NCBI GenBank assembly: GCA_041648755.1 | Contig: JBAZOJ010000001.1 | Coordinates: forward strand, 335 to 64,334 | Direction of reading: 5' to 3' | Length of the DNA stretch: 64,000 nucleotides | Origin: Candidatus Brocadiia bacterium | GTDB taxonomy: Bacteria > Planctomycetota > B143-G9 | Part shown: piece by piece, positions 57,368-64,000 of the stretch | Layout of the letters: every line of letters starts with the position of its first letter | How positions within the stretch are numbered: the stretch's first letter is position 1 | Program-made: the position numbers and the translations under genes | Notes under the pieces: generated by a model | The model's input: only the letters and a program-made list of their open reading frames with translations | Told to the model about the DNA's origin: nothing | Database searches by the model: none

Positions 57368-58750
57368 CTAAAGCTCCGAGATCTCCTCCCAGATCTTCCT
57401 CTCATCCGGGTCAGCGGCAACAGAACTTCGAAGTTCGCGGACCATATCCAGTATCGAAGTATGTGCGCGCCCTCCCAATTGTTTGCCGATTTGACTCAGC
57501 GACAATCCGATTTTGTCCCGTGCCAACAGTGCAAAGTACTTTCTCGCCTTGCTTATCTTGCGAGATCTGCATGGGGAGACCATCTGCTCGCGCGTCACGC
57601 AGAAAGTTGTGCAGGTGCGGGAGAAACACTCTTCCAAGGTCCAAATGCGGTTTGCCTCTTTCAGGATCTTCCGAACATCATCCAAGGTGACCTTCTCGAA
57701 GTCGGAATGCACAGAAACGCTGAAGAGAATCCGGTTGAGCGCCCCTTCGTACTCCCGAATGTTCCCGTACTTTCGAGCCGCAACGTACTCGAGAAACTTG
57801 TGCCATTTTTCCAGATGGAGCCCTATTGTGCGACGCTCGGTCAATTTGCCTTCAAGAATTTTGAGTCTCGTCGCATAGTCCGGCATCTTCATCTCGACAA
57901 CCAGACCTCCGCGGAAGCGCTGCAACAGGTGTTCGAGAATCTCTTGTTGTTCGTCAGGGGAGGCGTCGCTGGCCACAACCAGAGATTTTGAGCGGTTTTG
58001 AAGGGTGTTGAGGATGTGAACGAACTCCTCTTGTGAGCCCTTCTTGTTTGAAAGGAAGTGAACGTCATCGATGACCAGGACGTCGATCTCTCGATGATCC
58101 CGCCTGAAGTCCTCAATCCGGTTGTTCCTGATCCCCTGGATGTAAGCGTTCGTGTATTCCTCGCAAGTCGTGTAGACGACGCGCAGTTCGGGATGGTGCT
58201 TGGCGAGAGCCGAGCAAAGGCCCTGCAGCAAGTGGGTCTTGCCGAGACCGGTTCCGCTATAGATGTAAAGGGGATAGAACGCTGAACGCCCTTGCAGGGC
58301 GATATCAAGTACTGCGTTGTAGGCAAGTCTGTTGCAGTCGCCCTGAACGAAGTTGTCAAGCCTGAAATCCGACCTGATGTTTCCCCGAACAAAGCCCTGA
58401 GCCTTTTCTGTCGGCTTGGGAACATCGGCAGGCAGTTCCGCCTTCTCCGTCTTAATGGTTGCCTTGACGTTGGAGCCGGAAGTTTCGGCAGGATCCCCAT
58501 TGTCTCCGACGACCACGCTCACTTCCACCAGTCGGCCCATGGATTCCGAGAGAGTCTTCTTGAGTACCTGGAAATATCGGTGCATGACCAACTTCTTCGC
58601 GAAGTTGTTTCGCACCCTCAAGACAAAAGAACCGCCTGTATCACCCGCCAGCAACTCCCCGTCCAGGAAAGATGCCTCAGGATGTTTATCTACTTCCGCA
58701 GCGACCCTGTCCAGGATCTTGCGGAGTTCCAAGCTAGTCTCCCTGTCCAA
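57368..58750 (-). CDS. dnaA: Chromosomal replication initiator protein DnaA
   Basis: AAA+ Walker A (IYSGTGLGKTHLL), sensor motifs and C-terminal DnaA signature (GGRAHTSILDMVREL). The track's ATG at 58855 would overlap ruvC by 68 nt. In-frame TTG codons at 58750 and 58732, each preceded by a GGGAG(GA) SD-like run, are more plausible starts, so the start is uncertain within about 100 nt. Confidence 0.85.
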   Translation of the reverse strand: MDRETSLELRKILDRVAAEVDKHPEASFLDGELLAGDTGGSFVLRVRNNFAKKLVMHRYFQVLKKTLSESMGRLVEVSVVVGDNGDPAETSGSNVKATIKTEKAELPADVPKPTEKAQGFVRGNIRSDFRLDNFVQGDCNRLAYNAVLDIALQGRSAFYPLYIYSGTGLGKTHLLQGLCSALAKHHPELRVVYTTCEEYTNAYIQGIRNNRIEDFRRDHREIDVLVIDDVHFLSNKKGSQEEFVHILNTLQNRSKSLVVASDASPDEQQEILEHLLQRFRGGLVVEMKMPDYATRLKILEGKLTERRTIGLHLEKWHKFLEYVAARKYGNIREYEGALNRILFSVSVHSDFEKVTLDDVRKILKEANRIWTLEECFSRTCTTFCVTREQMVSPCRSRKISKARKYFALLARDKIGLSLSQIGKQLGGRAHTSILDMVRELRSSVAADPDERKIWEEISEL

Positions 58751-58787
58751 CTGTCCTCCCTGCCCGGTCGGTTCGGTTGATCCGCGG

Positions 58788-59270
58788 CTACAAAATTCCT
58801 GTCGTTCTACTCCGGTTGCAGTGGCAAATAGCCACTGCGAGAGCATCTGATTCATCCGGAGTCTCTGCCGTATAGCCTCCGAAAAGCACGGTGACCATCT
58901 TTGCCACCTGCTCCTTGGTCGCGGAGCCTCTTCCTGTCACAGCCTGTTTCACTTGTGCAGGGGCATACTCAAAGACTGGAATTTCCGAACCACCAAGAGC
59001 TGCAAGCATCGCACCGCGTCCTTGACCGAGCGTGAGTGCGCTTTTTACGTTGTGTCCAAAAAAGACCTTTTCGACAGCCGCTTCCGAAGGTGAATGCCGC
59101 CCCAGGATATCCTGCACGCCAGTGTAAAGAGAAGCAAGGCGCGCGGACATTTCCTCTCGAGGGTTAAGCTTGATCACGCCGCTGGCGACTCTCCTCAGAG
59201 CGAAGCCATCGGATTCGACGATTGCGTACCCCGCGATGCGGGTTCCAGGGTCAATGCCCAAGACCAGCAC
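58788..59270 (-). CDS. ruvC: Crossover junction endodeoxyribonuclease RuvC
   Basis: LGIDPGTRIAGYAIVE N-terminus with catalytic Asp. RNase H-like fold. 160 aa. Confidence 0.9.
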   Translation of the reverse strand: MLVLGIDPGTRIAGYAIVESDGFALRRVASGVIKLNPREEMSARLASLYTGVQDILGRHSPSEAAVEKVFFGHNVKSALTLGQGRGAMLAALGGSEIPVFEYAPAQVKQAVTGRGSATKEQVAKMVTVLFGGYTAETPDESDALAVAICHCNRSRTTGIL

Positions 59271-60025
59271 TATTCTTCCTTCTGGAGTAAGGCGATTAGT
59301 TCGTCGGTGAGCCTCAGGTTGTTGTTTACGTTCTGAACGTCCTCGTGATCCTCAAGTGCAGAGAGAAGATTCATGCATCGCTTGGCTGCCTCTTTGGCCA
59401 GCGTAACTTCAGTCGATGCAATCCTCGTGATCTCGGCGGTTTCGAAGGCAATATTCGCGTTCTTGAGAGCCGCTTTCACCTTCTCGAAATCCGCTGGTGC
59501 GCAGTATATCTCCCAGTAACCTTCGGTCGCCGAGATATCTTCCGCCCCGCCATCAAGTGCCGCCATTGTTATGGTGTCTTCATCGCAGGAAGTCTTGGGG
59601 ACGGAGACAAATCCTGTCGTCTTGAACATCCAACTTACGGAGCCTGACTGGCCTAGATTCCCGCCGTTTGCCTCGAATAGCTTTCTGAGTTCCGGAGCCG
59701 TTCGGTTCCTGTTGTCTGTCACCGCGTTCACGATAATCGCTACACCTCCGGGGCCATAACCTTCGTAGACAATTTCTTCAATACGCGCGCCATCTTCATC
59801 GCCTGAAGCTCTGGAGATGGCCCTTTTAATGCTGTCGACCGGCATGTTTGCGGCCCGGGCAGCATCGATGGCGTAGCGCAGGCGCAAATTCGTGTCCGGA
59901 TCAGCGCCGGCGGCCTTGACCGCAACTGCGATCAGCTTTGCGAGCTTGGAAAAAGCTTTGCCGCGCTTTGCGTCAGCAGAAGCTTTCTGATGTTTGATCG
60001 AGGACCAGTGAGAGTGTCCAGACAT
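59270..60025 (-). CDS. yebC: YebC/PmpR-family transcriptional regulator
   Basis: MSGHSHWSSIKHQKASADAKRGKAFSKLAKLI canonical N-terminus. 251 aa. Conserved yebC-ruvC adjacency. Confidence 0.9.
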   Translation of the reverse strand: MSGHSHWSSIKHQKASADAKRGKAFSKLAKLIAVAVKAAGADPDTNLRLRYAIDAARAANMPVDSIKRAISRASGDEDGARIEEIVYEGYGPGGVAIIVNAVTDNRNRTAPELRKLFEANGGNLGQSGSVSWMFKTTGFVSVPKTSCDEDTITMAALDGGAEDISATEGYWEIYCAPADFEKVKAALKNANIAFETAEITRIASTEVTLAKEAAKRCMNLLSALEDHEDVQNVNNNLRLTDELIALLQKEE

Positions 60026-60049
60026 CTGTAACCTCCAAGAGATCCCTGC

Positions 60050-60775
60050 CTATTCGGCTTCCTTCGAAAGTCTGCCCTTCTTTCCTCCAAACGCGCAACG
60101 AGGCTGAAGCGGGCAGGTTTTGCACTTTGGCTTGTCGCTTCGGCAGATGTTCTCGTTGTGATACTCGAGCGTCAGCACGAAGACAGGCATCTTATCCTGC
60201 GGAACGGCATCTTCAAGTAAACCCTTGAGTCGCCGACCATCATTGAGCGAAGGAACCAGTCCAAAACGCTGCCCAAATCGGACGGCGGCTTTGTTCAGCG
60301 GAAAGAAGTTCTTTGCCAGCGAAAACGTCAGCACTGTGTCGATAGAACTCTCGCCAATGCCTTCCATGCCGCCGAGGTAGTTTCGGATGGCGGGCACCGA
60401 CATCTCCTGCAGAAACTCCAGATCCACTTCGCTCCGATCCTCGAAAATGCCCTGAAGGATCTTCACAAGGCGAGCGGCTTTGAGGCTTTCCAGCCCGACA
60501 CCCTTGATAATCTCGGCCATTGAGGCAGGTCTTGTTACACGGGCCTCGTTCCAGTCGTGGTATTCCTCTTTCAACGCGTTGAACGCAGCCAGAGCCCTTT
60601 CCTTCGACGAGCCCTGTACGAGCACGTTGAAGATCAGTTCATCGAGGACTGACCTGACCAAGGTCAAGGCTTCATCGGGATAGGATTCGGCGAGGCGGTC
60701 GGCAATCCAGTTGACTTGCTCCGCCAGCTTCTTGTTCTCGCTTGGCAATTTGTCCATGAGTCCATTGTAGGCCAC
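60050..60775 (-). CDS. nth: Endonuclease III-like HhH-GPD DNA glycosylase with a [4Fe-4S] cluster loop
   Basis: HhH motif (IKGVGLESLKAARLV). C-terminal C-x6-C-x2-C-x5-C cluster (CRSDKPKCKTCPLQPRC). Confidence 0.75.
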   Translation of the reverse strand: MAYNGLMDKLPSENKKLAEQVNWIADRLAESYPDEALTLVRSVLDELIFNVLVQGSSKERALAAFNALKEEYHDWNEARVTRPASMAEIIKGVGLESLKAARLVKILQGIFEDRSEVDLEFLQEMSVPAIRNYLGGMEGIGESSIDTVLTFSLAKNFFPLNKAAVRFGQRFGLVPSLNDGRRLKGLLEDAVPQDKMPVFVLTLEYHNENICRSDKPKCKTCPLQPRCAFGGKKGRLSKEAE

Positions 60776-61000
60776 AGGGAAGGCGCTGTCAAGGTCGCGA
60801 TAAAGAATTTGGTGAGGGAGAGTGCATCCTCAAGCCATCTGCGGAGTTGCATGGCGCCTCAAGTTTTCGCGTTTTTCGACTATGTTGTGGATTCTGTTAG
60901 AATTGATGAGCGGTCGCGCGCAGAAGATCCTGCATCCGCCGGAGCCCGCAAGGCGTTACGTATCGAGCCCTGTCAACTGGCCGCTTTCATCGAGGTGAGA

Positions 61001-62335
61001 ATGTCAGACCTCTTCAATAAGCCTGAGTTGGACCTTCCGGCAGCCCCGCTCGCTGAGCGAATGAGGCCAAAGATGTTGTCAGAATTCCTGGGTCCGGATG
61101 AGCTTTCTGGACCAGGCGGCATACTGGCGAGTTTTTCCGAGGCGGACCCTCCGCCATCACTTCTTCTGTGGGGGCCACCCGGTTGCGGCAAGACAACGCT
61201 GGCCAGATTGCTGACTGAGAATGTCCACTGCCGGTTCGTTTCCTTCTCCGCCGTTCTGCACGGAGTAAAGGAGATCAGGCGAATCGTCGAAGAAGCATCA
61301 TTTCTTCGGATCGGCGGCGAGCGAACCGTTCTGTTCGTTGATGAGATCCACAGGTTCAACAAAGCTCAGCAGGATGCTTTCCTCCCGTATGTCGAGAACG
61401 GCACCATCATTCTGATAGGAGCAACTACTGAGAACCCATCGTTTGAAGTAATACCTGCTCTTCTCTCGAGGTGCAGGGTAGTCAGAATGCCGCCACTGAG
61501 CAAACAGCATCTCTCCCTGATCTGCCAGCGCGCGATCGGAGACTCCGAACAGGGCTTGGGAAAGAAGAACTTGAGGTTCAAGCCAGAAGCTATCGACGTC
61601 CTGTGTGAACTGTCCAATGGGGATGCCAGGACATTGCTGAACATTCTGGAACTCGCATCTGCCCGCATTCCCGATCACGCAGAGATCACCGAAACAGACA
61701 TAATGTCAGCCGTCCAGACGCGGACGATATTCCATGACAAAGCTGGCGACTACCACTACAATCTGATTTCCGCCTTTCATAAGAGCATGCGGGGAAGCGA
61801 TCCCGATGCTGCGCTCCACTATTTCTGGCGCATGATCGAGGGCGGAGATGATCCCTTGTTCCTCCTTCGCAGGATGTTCAATTTCGCCTCGGAAGATATT
61901 GGTACCGCTGACCCTCAGGCAATGCTGGTGGTCAATGCGGCACTATCCGCGTTCCAACTCATGGGACCTCCGGAAGGGCTGCTGCCGATTGGAAACGCAG
62001 TTGTGTACCTTGCGACAGCACCTAAGTCCAACGCGGTCTATCGGGCCTTCTCGGCCGCACATGCCGACGTTGTTGATAAGGAGAACATGCCGGTTCCCGA
62101 CCACATCATTAACGCCCCTACCAGGATGATGAAGGAGATGGGTTTCGGCTCGCAGTACAAGTATCCTCATGACTTCAAATACCATTACGTTGCCGAAGAG
62201 TATCTCCCGGAGAATCTGCGCGGTGCTCGCTACTACTTCCCTGAAGAGATTGGCTTTGAGCGGGAATTGCTGAAGAGAATGGAATTCTGGTGCAGGCTCA
62301 AGGAAAGAGGTCATCGCGAGCCCAGACAAGGTTAG
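61001..62335 (+). CDS. rarA: Replication-associated recombination protein A (MgsA/RarA AAA+ ATPase)
   Basis: Start at MSDLFNKPEL (M96 of the track ORF; AGGTGA SD). Walker A GPPGCGKTT, Walker B VLFVDEIHRFNK, and conserved C-terminal MgsA region (KSMRGSDPDAALHYFWRMIEGGDDP). Confidence 0.9.
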   Translation: MSDLFNKPELDLPAAPLAERMRPKMLSEFLGPDELSGPGGILASFSEADPPPSLLLWGPPGCGKTTLARLLTENVHCRFVSFSAVLHGVKEIRRIVEEASFLRIGGERTVLFVDEIHRFNKAQQDAFLPYVENGTIILIGATTENPSFEVIPALLSRCRVVRMPPLSKQHLSLICQRAIGDSEQGLGKKNLRFKPEAIDVLCELSNGDARTLLNILELASARIPDHAEITETDIMSAVQTRTIFHDKAGDYHYNLISAFHKSMRGSDPDAALHYFWRMIEGGDDPLFLLRRMFNFASEDIGTADPQAMLVVNAALSAFQLMGPPEGLLPIGNAVVYLATAPKSNAVYRAFSAAHADVVDKENMPVPDHIINAPTRMMKEMGFGSQYKYPHDFKYHYVAEEYLPENLRGARYYFPEEIGFERELLKRMEFWCRLKERGHREPRQG

Positions 62336-62336
62336 C

Positions 62337-63167
62337 TTAGGCCTGGAAATTAGTCCCCGATGGGAAATCCGCGGTTCTTTGGTCGAGGAAACTCCGCAGC
62401 AGCGTCTGCAGGTTGATGATGTCTTCGGCGTTGTACACGATGAGAGTCGCCAGAGCGGCGACATCACCGAAATAGCGATACCGCATCCACAGACGTACTG
62501 CATCGAAACCGTTCAGTCCTTGAACGCTTTCCGGGCGGGATATTCCAAACGATTTCTCAATTGCCTTCAGGCCGCCTTTGATGCCATATCCGCGAAGGGC
62601 GACACGTAAGTCGAGATGCAGCCTGCCAAATGAGGCGTCGGGAAAGTGCCTCCGTATGATGGGCAGGTCGAAAACTGCACCGTTGTAGGTAACAATTCTG
62701 GGGAAATTCGACAGCGCATCGCCAAGATCATGCATAGGTCGGAGGAGGGTGCGATACCGAACAGCGCTCAATGGCGGCCGCTCAGTGAGATCCTCGAAGT
62801 CAGCGATAAAGGAATGCACGCTCTGGCCATCGAATAATCCAACCACGGTGAGACCGGTTTGGTCAATGGCGGCAGAAGTGGTCTCGATGTCAAGATACGC
62901 AACTGCTCCCGGGAATGAGCAAAATGCCCGCCAGACCTCATTGGAGGGGAGACGTTCCAGGAAATAGTTGGCATCTCCAACGGCCAATTTTTCTATCGAT
63001 TCCCTGCAGGCGGCCAGAAGAAGACTCCGCATTCCGGTAGCCGGTATTTCCGAAGCACGTTCAACGAGGTCGTACCAGGAAACAATGCCGGAGTTCCAGA
63101 GTTTCAGTTCGGTCGCGAGACCAATTCCCTGAATGTGGAGAAAAGTCCGTTCGAGAGGAGAAAGCAA
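62337..63167 (-). CDS. RNase H-like 3'-5' exonuclease (YprB / DnaQ-like, PF13482-type) with N-terminal helix-hairpin-helix
   Basis: DEDD-type motif AYLDIETT and downstream VVGLFDG. HhH (FLHIQGIGLATELKLW). Probable TTG start at 63167 preceded by GGAGGcgcgg; the track ORF's longer N-terminus would overlap the divergent neighbouring gene. Confidence 0.55.
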   Translation of the reverse strand: MLSPLERTFLHIQGIGLATELKLWNSGIVSWYDLVERASEIPATGMRSLLLAACRESIEKLAVGDANYFLERLPSNEVWRAFCSFPGAVAYLDIETTSAAIDQTGLTVVGLFDGQSVHSFIADFEDLTERPPLSAVRYRTLLRPMHDLGDALSNFPRIVTYNGAVFDLPIIRRHFPDASFGRLHLDLRVALRGYGIKGGLKAIEKSFGISRPESVQGLNGFDAVRLWMRYRYFGDVAALATLIVYNAEDIINLQTLLRSFLDQRTADFPSGTNFQA

Positions 63168-63220
63168 CCGCGCCTCCGACTGCGACCTTGATTCCGTCGC
63201 ATACAAACTATAATTGACAT

Positions 63221-64000
63221 ATGGCCAAAGGGACATTATACGCAATTGCGGTCCTCATCGCAGCCTTCTTTGCGCAGCCGACATGCCAGGCGTCTGCGGT
63301 CAGGGTAACTCTCGATTCATCAACAGGCAGCGGAACCGCCGCTGCTATTCATCTTCTGCGAGCTGCCTCTCTCGCCGAGTCCGAAAAGGCAAATGCGCTG
63401 ATAATTGAAATCGATCTGGACGCTGACAGCTTCCAACTGGCGGACACAGTTGCTGACGAGCTGATCCGGCTGCAATCCAAGGGCATCTTGACAGTAGCAT
63501 TCATCAGAGGCAAGTGCTGGGGAGCACCGACTTTCATAGCCTTGGCCTGTACGCGAATCTACTGCTCCGATTTGGCCTCGATATCGCCCTTCCCTTCGAA
63601 CGGAGGAGACAACCCGACGCCGCCGGTGAAGCCGTCAAGTCTCATCGCTCTGGAAAAAGCGATTGTGGATGCTGCAACTCGCTCCGGACACCACCCGGCA
63701 CTCTTCAGGATGTTCTTCGAAAACGTCGCTGTCATGCGTGTAGTAACACTCAGCAGCCCAATAACTGCTGAGATTGCTGGAATCAGGTCCTACCAGATTC
63801 CGGGCAGACCCGGTTTCTCGTACTTGTTGACAGATGAGCAAGCACGTACGGTACTCGACAACTACCGTCCATTGGTGACGTCCGAAAGTGCCTTCCCGCG
63901 CGCGACGCCGATTCTGCTTCTTGGGAGTTCTGAAATGCTCCTCGCTGGAATAGCCGCGGATGTTGCTGGAGACGCGAAGGCACTTGCCTCGCTGCTGGAT
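63221..64000 (+). CDS. NfeD/ClpP-class membrane-bound serine protease-like protein, partial; continues beyond the window end
   Basis: Open frame from ATG at about 63221 to the window end, absent from the track because it has no stop. Signal peptide MAKGTLYAIAVLIAAFFAQPTCQA. NfeD-like core (ALIIEIDLDADSF...ILTVAFIRGKCWGAPTFIALACTRIYCS). In-frame TGA just upstream. TATAAT lies 6 nt before the ATG. Confidence 0.5.
   Translation, partial: MAKGTLYAIAVLIAAFFAQPTCQASAVRVTLDSSTGSGTAAAIHLLRAASLAESEKANALIIEIDLDADSFQLADTVADELIRLQSKGILTVAFIRGKCWGAPTFIALACTRIYCSDLASISPFPSNGGDNPTPPVKPSSLIALEKAIVDAATRSGHHPALFRMFFENVAVMRVVTLSSPITAEIAGIRSYQIPGRPGFSYLLTDEQARTVLDNYRPLVTSESAFPRATPILLLGSSEMLLAGIAADVAGDAKALASLLD

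Noticed and set aside
57300-59300. Search for oriC DnaA-box clusters (TTATCCACA / TGTGGATAA) flanking dnaA
   Set aside because: No clustered matches seen by eye in the short intergenic regions. dnaA is embedded among co-directional genes, so no origin is called.
60716-61000. N-terminal 95 aa of track ORF 60716..62335 (rarA extension), and similar upstream extensions of 53069 (ispF), 40344 (Nif3), 33052 (giant protein), 48105, 8012, 28465, 30005
   Set aside because: The extensions overlap upstream genes or lack homology. Each has an internal start with a proper SD at the point where homology or a signal peptide begins.
1-64000. CRISPR arrays, tRNA/rRNA genes, IS elements, integrases other than xerD, toxin-antitoxin pairs and known phage-defence systems
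   Set aside because: No regularly spaced direct repeats, no GTTCGA-type tRNA T-arm signatures in intergenic regions long enough to hold a tRNA, and no transposase or reverse-transcriptase (YADD) motifs. The only recombinase is a chromosomal-type xerD/xerC. None of the gene pairs matches a described defence-system architecture.

Overview
This window is a 64 kb stretch of high-GC (roughly 55-60% by eye) bacterial chromosome, tightly packed with about 47 genes and containing no rRNA, tRNA or CRISPR arrays. No prophage or IS element is recognisable; the only recombinase is a chromosomal-type xerC/xerD. Two long genes run off the window edges (1..2233 on the minus strand, 63221..64000 on the plus strand). 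Neither appears in the ORF track because it has no in-window stop; likewise rpsU (49347..49511, 54 aa) is absent because it falls below the track's size cutoff. Recognisable housekeeping genes include rocA, pdxA-rsmA, ispE, spoVG, greA, serA-serC, ispF, xerD, lysC, dnaA, ruvC, yebC, nth, rarA, mrdA and rpsU. The rest of the window is dominated by very large secreted or signal-peptide proteins and by eukaryote-like phospho-signalling genes. The secreted set includes HEXXH metalloproteases with Ig/BACON-like repeats, a tricorn protease homolog, beta-propeller/NHL proteins, a VIT-vWA protein, a 1544-aa PDZ/LamG-like protein and a 1170-aa protein with an inactive transglutaminase-like core. The signalling set includes a Hanks-type kinase, a PP2C phosphatase, an FHA-GAF-sigma54 activator and a REC-histidine kinase hybrid. 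A DUF1559-type H-X9-DG protein and an orphan GspK-like pseudopilin suggest a Planctomycetes-Verrucomicrobia-Chlamydiae-like or candidate-phylum lineage, which is inference only. I found no canonical defence system. The most unusual loci are listed below. (1) An in-frame ispE-spoVG read-through or fusion in which SpoVG carries a CxxC-X13-CxxC insertion. (2) A stand-alone 168-aa lipoyl plus E3-binding 'mini-E2' protein beside greA, with an ambiguous two-strand ORF region upstream. (3) An acyl-carrier-protein gene translationally coupled to the 1544-aa secreted protein. (4) A three-gene secreted proteolysis operon. (5) dnaA embedded in a yebC-ruvC-dnaA-lysC array without dnaN. Non-CDS coordinates are approximate to within 2 nt.
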